Shown here one piece after another: positions 1 to 9,826 of a stretch of 32,000 nucleotides of DNA. The position numbers were made by a program, and so were the translations under genes. Under the pieces are notes generated by a model, which searched no databases, was not told where the DNA came from, and saw only the letters and a program-made list of their open reading frames with translations. Position 1 is the stretch's first letter. Each line of letters begins with the position of its first letter. The stretch comes from an uncultured Lentisphaeria bacterium. GTDB lineage: Bacteria > Verrucomicrobiota > Lentisphaeria > JABSQK01 > JAJFLO01. The stretch covers positions 1,020,001 through 1,052,000 of the forward strand of contig OX638337.1 of NCBI GenBank assembly GCA_951812855.1, written 5' to 3'.

Positions 1-404
1 GATTTCATAAAATAAGTCTACGATCATCTGCAGGTTCTTATTGTCAGACTCACAAACAATGAAAAATATGCAAAAAATAATTTTTGTCTTACCGGTTTCC
101 CCAGGCGATATGGTTTATTGCATCGTGAAACATACACTCTTGTGGGCAGGTTGAGAAAAAATACATAATAATGGTGGAGAGAATAAAAAAATCAATGGTA
201 AATTGGCGATAAATAATAGAATCAATTTAGTAAATTACAGCCTGGGCTGTAATTTCGAGTGATTTCACCTTTTTAGAAGGTAAACTAAGCCATACTGTAG
301 ATAACGAATGCAAACAAATAATACTGCATCACCAATATCAGTGAATTACAATTTAGCAGTAAAAGATCCGAATGTGTTGTTAATGATAATAAAAACAAAC
401 ATGT

Positions 405-1511
405 ATGAGTATTTATAGTTTAAACGTTCCATTAGATGATCGATCATATGAAATTGTAATTGGCAAAGATTTTTTTAGCCAATGGCAGGATGTTCCTTCG
501 ATTCAACCGGTGTTGGAAAACCGTACCTGTTTTGTAATAACAGATGAAAACGTTCAAAAATTATATCTAAAATCGGTTGAACAATGTTTGACAAATCTCG
601 GTGTGCGTTACCTGGGAGACTACGCATTTTTACCAGGAGAAAAATCAAAGAGTCTCAGTACAGTCAAATCATTATATGAGAAAATGATTTCAGCTGGATT
701 AGATCGAAAATCAATCATCGTGGCCCTGGGGGGCGGGGTTGTCGGCGATACCGCCGGATTTGCTGCTGCGACCTATATGCGAGGCATAGACTATGTACAA
801 ATCCCAACATCATTGGTGGCACAGGTTGACAGTAGCGTTGGCGGTAAAACCGGTATAGATTTGGATCAGGGAAAGAATTTAATCGGAGCATTCTGTCAAC
901 CAAAATTAGTTGTCGTTGACACAATGGTATTACAGACCCTGCCGATTCGGGAGTTAGTATGCGGGTTGGCTGAAGTTGTTAAATACGGGGTTATTCTGGA
1001 TGAAGTTTTTTTTTCATTTTTAGAAGATAATGTCTCTTCTATTTTAAATATTGATCAAACTGTGTTCCAGACAATCGTTCGAAAATGCTGCTCTTTAAAG
1101 GCAGATGTTGTTACAGGTGATGAATTAGATCAGGGAGGCAGAGCAATATTAAATTATGGACACACATTTGGTCATGCTCTGGAGAAATTAACATCATATA
1201 CAGGCCTTACACATGGTGAAGCCATTGCAATCGGTATGGGGATGGCTGCAGACCTGGCTGTAATGAGGTATGGCGGATCAGAATTACTAAATTTAGTTAA
1301 ACGACAGGATGATTTGTTTCAGGCATTTGGACTTCCTGTAAAATTTAATAAATTTTCCCCGGAAGAAATCCTTTTAGCTATGGCCGCGGATAAGAAATGT
1401 ATTGATGGAAATATAAATTTTGTTTTGCCTGAGAAAATTGGTAAAGTTGTGATTGATTCAGGAATTGAAGAAGATTTGATTAAGCAAGCTATCGGAGCAC
1501 GTATTGACTAG
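405..1511 (+). CDS. aroB: 3-dehydroquinate synthase
   Basis: 368-aa ORF. It has the glycine-rich nucleotide-binding stretch GGGVVGDTAGFAAATYMRGIDYVQIPTSL, then VDSSVGGKTG and the metal-site motifs HTFGHALE and HGEAIAIG typical of AroB. ATG start, TAG stop. Confidence 0.93.
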   Translation: MSIYSLNVPLDDRSYEIVIGKDFFSQWQDVPSIQPVLENRTCFVITDENVQKLYLKSVEQCLTNLGVRYLGDYAFLPGEKSKSLSTVKSLYEKMISAGLDRKSIIVALGGGVVGDTAGFAAATYMRGIDYVQIPTSLVAQVDSSVGGKTGIDLDQGKNLIGAFCQPKLVVVDTMVLQTLPIRELVCGLAEVVKYGVILDEVFFSFLEDNVSSILNIDQTVFQTIVRKCCSLKADVVTGDELDQGGRAILNYGHTFGHALEKLTSYTGLTHGEAIAIGMGMAADLAVMRYGGSELLNLVKRQDDLFQAFGLPVKFNKFSPEEILLAMAADKKCIDGNINFVLPEKIGKVVIDSGIEEDLIKQAIGARID

Positions 1512-2622
1512 TCGTGAAGCCTACATAATTTTAAATTTACTTTCAGGTGTTGGTCCAGTTAGAGTTAAGCATTTGCTTGCTAATTTTTCATGTCCTGAGC
1601 AATTACTCTCCGAGACAACATCGTCATTAGCAAAAATTAAAGGTATCGGTCCTAAAACAGCCGGTATTATTGGTGACTGGAAAAAAACTGCCGATCTGGA
1701 TACTGAACTCAGTCAAACAGAAAAAGCCGGTGTATCAATTATTACCCTGGCCGATCCCGATTATCCTGATATTTTAAGGGAAATATATGACCCTCCGTTA
1801 TGTTTGTATGCCCGTGGCCAATTATCTTCTTTATGCAGGCAGCAGTCTCTTGCAGTTGTTGGATCCCGGAGAAATTCGAATTATGGAATTTCAATCTCAG
1901 AGAAACTGGTCTGTTCTTTGGTCAGCTCTGGTTGGAGTATTGTTTCAGGGCTTGCACGGGGTATTGATACTGCAGCTCATAATTCTGTTCTGAAATCTAA
2001 TGGTTGTACAATCGCAGTATTGGGTGGAGGACTTGGATCGATATATCCTCCGGAAAACATATCTTTAGCAAATAAAATTTGTGAAAATGGACTTTTATTA
2101 AGTGAACAACCAATGCAGCTCAGACCTGATCGTCGATCGTTTCCTATGAGAAATAGAATTATTTCCGGATTGTCTCTGGGAACAGTAGTGATTGAAGCCG
2201 GTGCTAAAAGTGGTGCGTTAATTACTGCTCAGGTTGGTTTGGATCAGGGGCGGCTGGTTTTTGCTGTTCCCGGTCGAATAGACAATCCTCTGTCCAAAGG
2301 GTGTCATAATTTAATAAAACAAGGTGCAAAACTTGTTGATTCTATTGTTGATATAAATGAAGAATTTGAATTTTTCAGAGGGATTCTGAGTTCAGAGAAC
2401 GATATCTACAAAACAGATATCCTGCCACAAAATAATTTAAAGCTTACCGAGGCAGAGACAGGATTGTTGCAACTATTAAGATATGGTGAATGTTCAATTG
2501 ATGAATTAAATAAGGATCTTGAAATTCCAATGCATATTTTGTTATCTTCATTAATGAAACTGGAAATGAAACATATAATCAAACAGTTACCGGGCAAGAG
2601 ATTCACTTTGACCCAGATTTGA
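1504..2622 (+). CDS. dprA: DNA processing protein DprA (Smf)
   Basis: 372-aa ORF with the DprA core motif GLARGIDTAAH, plus VVIEAGAKSGALITA and a C-terminal winged-helix-like tail. The TTG start overlaps the aroB stop by 8 nt. dprA next to topA is a widely conserved gene pair. Confidence 0.88.
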   Translation: MTSREAYIILNLLSGVGPVRVKHLLANFSCPEQLLSETTSSLAKIKGIGPKTAGIIGDWKKTADLDTELSQTEKAGVSIITLADPDYPDILREIYDPPLCLYARGQLSSLCRQQSLAVVGSRRNSNYGISISEKLVCSLVSSGWSIVSGLARGIDTAAHNSVLKSNGCTIAVLGGGLGSIYPPENISLANKICENGLLLSEQPMQLRPDRRSFPMRNRIISGLSLGTVVIEAGAKSGALITAQVGLDQGRLVFAVPGRIDNPLSKGCHNLIKQGAKLVDSIVDINEEFEFFRGILSSENDIYKTDILPQNNLKLTEAETGLLQLLRYGECSIDELNKDLEIPMHILLSSLMKLEMKHIIKQLPGKRFTLTQI

Positions 2623-2785
2623 GATTGATTCCCTTGTGAGAATCATTATCAGTAGAAACTTTTTTTATTTTTTTCGCATTTTAAATGTCTGAAGTTATTT
2701 CCGATATTTTTTTAAGATTATTAAGTTTTATATGAAATTGCATAGAACACATTATATAAAATTGACATGATTACAGAGGTAAAAC

Positions 2786-5332
2786 ATGAGTGACGGATTA
2801 GTAATAGTGGAATCACCGGCAAAGGCCAGGACGATTAATCGAATTTTGGACAGCTCTTTTTCTGTTCAATCTTCAATGGGACATATTCGTGATCTTCCAG
2901 AGAAGAGTTTTGGAGTTGATTTGGAGAATGAATTCACTCCTGCTTACCGGGTTAACACCAGTAGAAAGAACGTAATCAGTTCTTTGAATAAGGCTGTTAA
3001 GAAGGCAAAAAATGTGTATCTGGCTACTGACCCGGATCGGGAAGGTGAAGCTATTGCATGGCATTTATTTGAATTACTCAAAAAGAAAAGTAGATCTGCA
3101 GAATTTCACAGGGTAACATTTCATGAAATAACTAAACAGGCAGTTTTGAGTGCATTTAAGCATCCAGAAAAATTGGATATGGATCGGGTAAATGCCCAGC
3201 AGGCAAGACGAATTCTTGATCGTATTGTGGGATATCAGGTAAGTCCTCTGCTTTGGAAGCGAATTGACAGGAGTGCAAGAAGTGCTGGTCGTGTCCAGTC
3301 TGTAGCGTTACGTTTAATTTGTGAACGTGAAGTAAAAATTCGGGGTTTTGTGCCTGTTGAGTATTGGGTTTTTACGGCTTTATTTTACAAATCAGAACAT
3401 AAGAACGATACTTTTTCTGCAAAACTGCAGGCTGTCGATGGCTCTAAAGTCGAAATAAACAACGAAAAAGATGCTTTGTTTATTTATAATGATGCATTAA
3501 AAGGAGAGTATCAGGTTGCCGGAGCAGCTCAAAAACCAAAAACAAAACGGCCCGGCCCTCCCTTTATCACGAGTACCCTTCAACAGGCAGCAGGGTCGAA
3601 TTTACGATTCGGTGCAAATCGTACCATGGTTATTGCTCAGCAGTTATATGAAGGTATTGATATCGGTAATGGTCCTGTTGGACTCATAACGTATATGAGG
3701 ACTGATTCAGTCAACATTGCTGAAGAGGCAAAGAAAAATGCCGGAGAGTTTATAATAAACGCATTCGGGAAAAAATTTGTTCCGGCAAAACCGAACGTTT
3801 ACAAGTCAAAACAATCAGCACAGGAAGCACATGAGGCGATTCGACCAACAGACGTCTCTTTAACTCCCGATCTGGCAGCTAAATTTTTAGATCACCACCA
3901 GCTCAGGCTCTATCGGTTAATTTGGAATCGATTTATTGCAAGTCAAATGTCGCCTGCAAAGCTGATTCAGCATACAATAGATATCGAAAATAAACCGGGT
4001 TCATGTTCGAAAAAATATTTATTTAGAGCTGCCGCAATCATTACAACATTCCCCGGTTTTATGTGCGTTTACAATCTTGAAGATATTAGAGTTGAAAAAG
4101 AAGAATCAATGTTGTCTAAACTTCCTGAGATGTTTCAAGGAGATCAATGTATACTTGATAAATTGGGAAAAGTTCAAAAATTCACAGAACCTCCTCCACG
4201 ATTTACCGAAGCAACTCTTGTACGTGAACTTGAGAGTAACGGAATCGGCAGACCATCGACCTATGCGGCAATTGTCAATACTATTCAAGTCAGGAAGTAT
4301 GTTGATAAAGAGAAGGGGAAATTATCGCCAACATCATTAGGAGAAACTGTATCGACATATCTTACAAAAAATTTGAGTGATTTGTTTGCTGTTCAGTTTA
4401 CGGCTGAAATGGAAAGTGAACTTGATGCCGTCGAGAACGGAAAGGTAGAGTGGAAAGATATGTTAGAATCGTTTTATAAGAGGTTCTCCGCCTGGATAGA
4501 GGAAGTTGATTCTGTTAATATTCCCGAAATAAACGATGTGAATGCAATTTTAAATTTGTTTTCTGATGATTTTGAATGGAAAGAACCTGAAGACAATGGA
4601 ATACGAAAGTATAATGATAAAAAGTTTGTAACATCATTGAAAAAGCAGATCGATTCAGGGAAAAAACTATCAGAGAAACAATGGCAGGCACTGTTAAATG
4701 TATTCGTTGGTTATGAATATAAAATTCCCGGATTTTCTAAGATTGTCAATGATTTAGAAATATCTGAATTGATTCATGAGATTAAAGAGAAACGAAGGGA
4801 AAAAATCGCCAATCGAAAACAACTTGATCCAAATGATATTTCCCTAAGAATTTGTAAGAGTTTGATAGACATAAAAAACTGGGAAGAACCTGTTAAAAAG
4901 GGTAATCGAACTTATGACGATAAAAAGTTTTTCAATTCTTTAAATTCTCAGTTAAATAATGGGAAGGTACTTTCAGAGGCCCAGTCTGATGTATTGAAAA
5001 ACCTCTTATTGAAATATAGAACTCAAGTAGCAAACTACGATGAATTAAAATCTGAAGCAAAATTACCGTCAGATGAAGAAGTGAATAAAAGTAAAGAAGA
5101 GATCAGTTCACTGGTGGCACTGGTAAGCGAAATTACTGAATGGAAAACTGTTGAGAAAAAGGGTAAGTCCAGACGGTTTGATCAGAAGAAGTTTGTCGAT
5201 TCATTATGCAGTCAGTTTAACCAGAAAGGCCGGCTTAGTGAAAAACAGGTCAGTTCACTAAAAAAGGTGATACGCAGTAAGAAAGATCAAATTCAAAACT
5301 ACGAAGAAAAAGCACACGCGTTAGGGTTGTGA
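2786..5332 (+). CDS. topA: DNA topoisomerase I (type IA); the C-terminal region is three tandem protein repeats instead of Cys4 zinc ribbons
   Basis: 848-aa ORF. It has a TOPRIM N-terminus (LVIVESPAKA, DPDREGEAIAWH) and the active-site Tyr context GLITYMRTDS. The C-terminal third carries three repeats of W-x-E/T-P/V..G..R-Y/F-D-x-KKF..SL..Q...GK/R-LSE-x-Q. An AGAGG Shine-Dalgarno-like element lies upstream of the ATG. Confidence 0.95.
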   Translation: MSDGLVIVESPAKARTINRILDSSFSVQSSMGHIRDLPEKSFGVDLENEFTPAYRVNTSRKNVISSLNKAVKKAKNVYLATDPDREGEAIAWHLFELLKKKSRSAEFHRVTFHEITKQAVLSAFKHPEKLDMDRVNAQQARRILDRIVGYQVSPLLWKRIDRSARSAGRVQSVALRLICEREVKIRGFVPVEYWVFTALFYKSEHKNDTFSAKLQAVDGSKVEINNEKDALFIYNDALKGEYQVAGAAQKPKTKRPGPPFITSTLQQAAGSNLRFGANRTMVIAQQLYEGIDIGNGPVGLITYMRTDSVNIAEEAKKNAGEFIINAFGKKFVPAKPNVYKSKQSAQEAHEAIRPTDVSLTPDLAAKFLDHHQLRLYRLIWNRFIASQMSPAKLIQHTIDIENKPGSCSKKYLFRAAAIITTFPGFMCVYNLEDIRVEKEESMLSKLPEMFQGDQCILDKLGKVQKFTEPPPRFTEATLVRELESNGIGRPSTYAAIVNTIQVRKYVDKEKGKLSPTSLGETVSTYLTKNLSDLFAVQFTAEMESELDAVENGKVEWKDMLESFYKRFSAWIEEVDSVNIPEINDVNAILNLFSDDFEWKEPEDNGIRKYNDKKFVTSLKKQIDSGKKLSEKQWQALLNVFVGYEYKIPGFSKIVNDLEISELIHEIKEKRREKIANRKQLDPNDISLRICKSLIDIKNWEEPVKKGNRTYDDKKFFNSLNSQLNNGKVLSEAQSDVLKNLLLKYRTQVANYDELKSEAKLPSDEEVNKSKEEISSLVALVSEITEWKTVEKKGKSRRFDQKKFVDSLCSQFNQKGRLSEKQVSSLKKVIRSKKDQIQNYEEKAHALGL

Positions 5333-5466
5333 TCAAGTAAGATGTAAGTTTCAGTGCTAAAAATAATTTTTATCTTTTAGTTACTTCCTGCCATGCCATT
5401 AGCCCCGATATTTTGCTGAAAACTATTAAGTTACACCGTGACGACTCTACTTTTGATTAATTCAGA

Positions 5467-6888
5467 TTAATACCTGTAGTGTTCCGGTTTATACGGACCA
5501 TCCACTGGAACGCCGATATAATCTGCCTGTTCTTGAGTCAGCTCAGTGAGTTTCACACCAATTTTCTCTAAATGTAATCGTGCGACTTCTTCATCTAACT
5601 TTTTAGACAAACAATATACGCCGACAGGCCGTCTATTTTCCCACAAATCTATCTGAGCAAGAGTTTGATTTGTAAATGAATTACTCATGACAAAACTGGG
5701 ATGTCCGGTAGCACAACCTAAGTTTACAAGTCGTCCTTCTGCCAGCAAATAAATTGATTTACCGTTGGAAAATGTATATTTATCAACTTGCGGTTTGATA
5801 TTCAAACTGGCTACACCCGGATATTTTTTTAACTGTGTCACCTGAATTTCATTATCAAAATGACCAATATTACAGACAATTGCCTGATCTTTCATATTGG
5901 CCATATGTTCTGCAGTAATAATATCGCAATTACCCGTTGTAGTTACATAAATATCAGCAACCGATAACGCATCTTCAATTGGGCAAACTTGAAATCCCTG
6001 CATAGATGCCTGCAGAGCACAGATTGGGTCAACTTCTGTAACAATAATACGGCATCCTAATCCGACGAGTGCCTGGGCACAGCCCTTACCTACATCCCCA
6101 TAGCCGCAAACCACTGCAACTTTTCCAGCAACCATGACATCAGTTGCTCTTTTAATACCATCAACTAATGACTCTCTGCAACCATAGAGATTGTCGAATT
6201 TAGATTTTGTCACAGAATCATTGACATTAATTGCAGGAATCAGCAATTCACCTTTTTCGTGCATTTGATAAAGGCGATGAACACCTGTGGTTGTTTCTTC
6301 TGAAACACCGACCCACTCATCTACAACAGTATGCCAAAATGTTGGATTTTCTTTAAGGGTTTCTCTGAGTAAACTGTTTATTATCTTCAATTCTTCATTA
6401 TCAGTAGGTTCATCAAGAATTGATCCATCATTTTCAGCAGCATAACCGCGATGAATGAGTAACGTTGCATCACCGCCGTCATCAACGATTAACTGAGGTC
6501 CTTTATTATTTGGAAAAGACAGTGCTTTTTTGGTACACCACCAATATTCTTCCAGTGTTTCACCTTTCCAGGCAAAAACTGGTAGACCGGTTTTTGCTAT
6601 TGCTGCTGCTGCATGATCCTGAGTTGAAAAAATGTTACAAGATGCCCAACGTACGTCTGCACCGAGTTCGACGAGTGTTTCAAGCAGTACTGCAGTTTGA
6701 ATCGTCATGTGAAGGCTGCCTGAAATCCGGACATCCTTTAAAGGTTTGTCAGGACCATATTTCTCCCGGGTTGCAATTAAACCAGGCATTTCATGTTCAG
6801 CAATATCTATTTCTTTGCGACCAAATTCCCACAGACCAATATCTGCAACTTTAAAATTGATTTTATCTTCTACCACAACCTGACTCAT
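5467..6888 (-). CDS. ahcY: Adenosylhomocysteinase (S-adenosyl-L-homocysteine hydrolase)
   Basis: 473-aa ORF. It has the NAD-binding motif GYGDVGKG, the HFDNEI motif, and the conserved N-terminal [15 protein letters not shown] and C-terminal PYKPEHYRY. Confidence 0.95.
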   Translation of the reverse strand: MSQVVVEDKINFKVADIGLWEFGRKEIDIAEHEMPGLIATREKYGPDKPLKDVRISGSLHMTIQTAVLLETLVELGADVRWASCNIFSTQDHAAAAIAKTGLPVFAWKGETLEEYWWCTKKALSFPNNKGPQLIVDDGGDATLLIHRGYAAENDGSILDEPTDNEELKIINSLLRETLKENPTFWHTVVDEWVGVSEETTTGVHRLYQMHEKGELLIPAINVNDSVTKSKFDNLYGCRESLVDGIKRATDVMVAGKVAVVCGYGDVGKGCAQALVGLGCRIIVTEVDPICALQASMQGFQVCPIEDALSVADIYVTTTGNCDIITAEHMANMKDQAIVCNIGHFDNEIQVTQLKKYPGVASLNIKPQVDKYTFSNGKSIYLLAEGRLVNLGCATGHPSFVMSNSFTNQTLAQIDLWENRRPVGVYCLSKKLDEEVARLHLEKIGVKLTELTQEQADYIGVPVDGPYKPEHYRY

Positions 6889-7032
6889 TATCTAATTTCT
6901 CCTATTTCGATGTATAACAATTAATTGATGCTATGAGACTAAATTTACCGTTTTATACCGGGTTCCTTCAGGAGGTAATCCTTGCGACATTCTGAAAGTG
7001 TGTGATACTTTTTACGATAAACGTATCGTCAG

Positions 7033-8031
7033 TTATTTGTGTTGTAACTTTAACGAGTGCAATTCTTCCTTTAAAAAATCCCACTCAATATCAGGAATTG
7101 ATGTACCCGTTTGTTGTACCACCTCAGCACCAAGTCTTGAGCCTGCTAAACCACAAGGTTTCAATGCCCAACCATTAAAAAATCCATATAAAAATCCTGC
7201 CAGCCATAGATCACCGGCACCTGTCGTATCTACTGCTTTAACTTTATCCGCCTCAATCTTTATGACTGTGTCTTTATGTTTAATGATCGAGCCTTCAGCA
7301 CCGGCTTTCACTACTGCGAGTTCACAATAGTCTCCTAATTCTGAAACACCCTGGATGAGATCATCTGACCCGCAAAAAGCTTTAGATTCATCGTCGTTAG
7401 CAAATACGTAATCAATGTAATCTTTGAGAATACCATCCAATATATCCCTATTTCCGTTGACGACTTCAAATGATGCCAGATCAAGACTTATGGTACATCC
7501 TTTATTTTTAGCACATTCCAGAACTCTGAATGTTAAATCACGATTAAATAATAAATATCCTTCAACATGAGCATGTGAACAACCATTGAAATCATGTTCG
7601 TCAATATCATTTGGTGACAAATTCATTGCAGCTCCAAGATAGGTTCTGCATGTACGTTCCGAATCCGGTGTTATCATACTGAGGCATCGGCCGGTTGGGG
7701 AACTGTCACAATATTTAAACTTGTCTACATTAACTCCGGAACCGGAAAAAGTATGGGTATAGAACTCTCCGAGTTTATCGGTTCCTATTTTCCCAAGAAA
7801 CGAACAGTCAAGACCAAGTTTAGACAATCCCAATACTGTATTGGCAGCCGAACCTCCGGATGCATGGACGACATCATTTTCACACGAATTTATGATGGCA
7901 TCAATCGTTTTATGTTCAATAAGTTCCATTCCACCTTTAGCACCTGGGATGTTATCTAAAAAATCATCCGATACATGTGCCAGACAGTCAACCAGTGGTG
8001 ATCCTATACCAATGATATGAACAGTATTCAT
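7033..8031 (-). CDS. PfkB-family carbohydrate/nucleoside kinase, probably adenosine kinase
   Basis: 332-aa ORF with PfkB signatures (GGSAANT near the N-terminus, DTTGAGDLWLAGFLYG near the C-terminus). It sits 1 nt downstream of metK and upstream of ahcY, which is a fitting context for salvaging the adenosine released by AhcY. The substrate assignment is inferred from that context. Confidence 0.7.
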   Translation of the reverse strand: MNTVHIIGIGSPLVDCLAHVSDDFLDNIPGAKGGMELIEHKTIDAIINSCENDVVHASGGSAANTVLGLSKLGLDCSFLGKIGTDKLGEFYTHTFSGSGVNVDKFKYCDSSPTGRCLSMITPDSERTCRTYLGAAMNLSPNDIDEHDFNGCSHAHVEGYLLFNRDLTFRVLECAKNKGCTISLDLASFEVVNGNRDILDGILKDYIDYVFANDDESKAFCGSDDLIQGVSELGDYCELAVVKAGAEGSIIKHKDTVIKIEADKVKAVDTTGAGDLWLAGFLYGFFNGWALKPCGLAGSRLGAEVVQQTGTSIPDIEWDFLKEELHSLKLQHK

Positions 8032-8032
8032 T

Positions 8033-9226
8033 TTATTCCTGTATTGCCGCCTTCAGTTCTTCAATTTTATTGGTTTTTTCCCAGGGGAACATGTCTCTGC
8101 CAAAGTGTCCATAGGCTGCTGTATCTTTATAAGTCCAACCGTTATTGTACGGGTTTTTTAAGTCGAGTGTTTTGATAATTCCTGCGGGAGTCATATCAAA
8201 GATATTTCCATCTACAAGAATATCATGGAGTTTGGAATCTTCTATTGAACCCGTGCCATATGTATCAACATTTATGCTTACCGGTTTTGCTACACCAATC
8301 GCATAGGCCGCCTGGACTTCGCACTTATCAGCCAATCCCGCAGCAACAATATTTTTTGCTGCATAGCGGCACATATAAGCGGCTGAACGATCAACCTTTG
8401 AAGGATCTTTGCCTGAAAAAGCACCACCGCCATGACTGCCAACTCCACCGTATGTATCGACGATTATTTTTCGTCCGGTTAATCCTGTATCGCCATGGGG
8501 ACCGCCAATAACAAAACGGCCTGTTGGATTTACATAATAATTGACACTGTCATTCATTAAATCAGAAGGGATTGTCTTATTTACTATATCTTTAACCAAA
8601 TCTTCGAGTGTATTTCTTTCCATGTCAACGGTATGCTGATGAGATACAACAATGGATTCTACAGACACAGGTTTACCATCATCATATACAATTGATACCT
8701 GGCTTTTTGAATCGGGAAGGAGATAATAATATGTGTTCGGATCTGTCTTACGCAATTTCGCGAGTTCAGCTACTATTTTATGCGAATATAAAACAGGGGC
8801 AGGCATTAATTCCGGTGTCTCATTGGTTGCATATCCGAACATCATTCCCTGGTCGCCGGCACCTTGCTCAGAAAATAGACCTTCACCTTGAGAAACGCCT
8901 TGAGCTATATCTGAAGATTGTTTATGGATACATACAAATACCTTACAATCGTCCGCTGAGAACCCAATTTCTGAATTTGTATAACCTATTTCGGTTACAG
9001 TTTGTCGGGCAACCTGATCAAAATCAACGTTGGATTTTGTTGTGATTTCACCAGAAATAACGATAAGATCAGTTGTTGTCAAGGTTTCGCATGCGACTCT
9101 GCTTTCCGGATCATTTTTAAGGCATGCATCCAGAATAGCGTCAGATATTTGATCTGAAACTTTATCCGGATGTCCTTCTGAAACCGATTCTGAGGTGAAG
9201 ATATGTTTTTCTCTAATTTTGCTCAT
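8033..9226 (-). CDS. metK: S-adenosylmethionine synthetase
   Basis: 397-aa ORF with the MetK signatures [25 protein letters not shown] and [19 protein letters not shown]. Confidence 0.96.
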   Translation of the reverse strand: MSKIREKHIFTSESVSEGHPDKVSDQISDAILDACLKNDPESRVACETLTTTDLIVISGEITTKSNVDFDQVARQTVTEIGYTNSEIGFSADDCKVFVCIHKQSSDIAQGVSQGEGLFSEQGAGDQGMMFGYATNETPELMPAPVLYSHKIVAELAKLRKTDPNTYYYLLPDSKSQVSIVYDDGKPVSVESIVVSHQHTVDMERNTLEDLVKDIVNKTIPSDLMNDSVNYYVNPTGRFVIGGPHGDTGLTGRKIIVDTYGGVGSHGGGAFSGKDPSKVDRSAAYMCRYAAKNIVAAGLADKCEVQAAYAIGVAKPVSINVDTYGTGSIEDSKLHDILVDGNIFDMTPAGIIKTLDLKNPYNNGWTYKDTAAYGHFGRDMFPWEKTNKIEELKAAIQE

Positions 9227-9493
9227 TAATTCTAATTCCCTTCTATTCGTTTTTTAAAAAACTATTTTCCCTAAATGTCTGTATCATTTAAGAAAATCAG
9301 ACCGGTCATATATAATGTAAGACTAAGTACATGTCGTTAGAATCGACGTAACATCTAAAAAAATAGAATGTTGTGTTAAAAATTATAAGTTGCTATGAAT
9401 TTTAAACGACATTTTTATCACAATTTCATCATGTGTCTATCATTAATGGAATTTTTTGAATGCTGATTATATAAAAAATTAAAAGTAGAGTAT

Positions 9494-9826
9494 TCAACTA
9501 CTATTTGCTTCTAATTCAAATAGTCCGGGATAAGATTCTGATAATTCTATCAATCCCTTTGTTATAAATCCAGATGACCAGCGGGTAAAGATATCAGCCA
9601 GGACGAGGTCTTTTGAATATCCAGTGAATGGGGAAAGTATACAGGAAAATTTATTTCCATTCTGAATCTCTTCCATGGGAAAATACACGGTTTCATTTAC
9701 TTGACAGATTCCGGAAATTCTATAGTATATCTCATTTCTTTTGCAACCACTATTCAATACTTTGGAAGCTCCCTCATAATCGGCAGCAATTTCTTTAATA
9801 TTATAGATTTGCATGCGTGGGTTCAT
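9494..9826 (-). CDS. Hypothetical protein (110 aa), translationally coupled to the upstream UDP-sugar pyrophosphorylase gene
   Basis: The ORF start overlaps the stop of the 9823-11241 gene in an ATGA arrangement. I recognise no motif. Support comes only from length, coupling and codon-like composition. Confidence 0.45.
   Translation of the reverse strand: MNPRMQIYNIKEIAADYEGASKVLNSGCKRNEIYYRISGICQVNETVYFPMEEIQNGNKFSCILSPFTGYSKDLVLADIFTRWSSGFITKGLIELSESYPGLFELEANSS

Noticed and set aside
1-130. Minus-strand P-loop-like string (SPGETGKTKIIF...) running off the left edge of the window.
   Set aside because: A TAA lies immediately upstream in frame and there is no plausible start codon before the motif. 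The only ATG (plus-strand 25-27) leaves 9 codons in the window, which is too little to call.
5333-5466. Bidirectional terminator between the convergent topA and ahcY genes (CTAAAAATAA...TTATcTTTTAG).
   Set aside because: The stem is entirely A/T with a bulge and is too weak to support a call without folding energies.
6465-6854. 129-aa ORF on the plus strand inside ahcY. Similar cases are 715-924, 1787-1993, 2406-2606, 2873-3064, 4077-4340, 4106-4288, 6998-7330 and 7753-7959.
   Set aside because: These are shadow or alternate-frame ORFs lying entirely within strongly supported conserved genes. Their translations are low-complexity with no motifs.
6889-7032. Possible SAH riboswitch in the 144-bp ahcY leader.
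   Set aside because: I did not find the conserved SAH-element strings (the AGGAGCGCUGC and CAGGCUCGG-type cores). Only short AT-rich hairpins are present.
8245-9045. Plus-strand ORFs 8245-8511 and 8608-9045, opposite metK. Similar cases are 10509-10742, 11712-11918, 13255-13437, 13475-13711, 14394-14630, 14977-15168, 18951-19212, 19504-19701, 20659-20943, 22418-22609, 28044-28283, 28827-29096, 29270-29461, 29920-30111 and 30854-31078.
   Set aside because: These are antisense or out-of-frame shadows of well-supported genes, with no independent support.
9331-9412. 8-bp inverted repeat ATGTCGTT / AACGACAT, 66 nt apart, in the metK leader, considered as a riboswitch P1 helix.
   Set aside because: An 8-bp inverted repeat somewhere in a 267-bp region is expected by chance about half the time. 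No conserved riboswitch core sequences accompany it.
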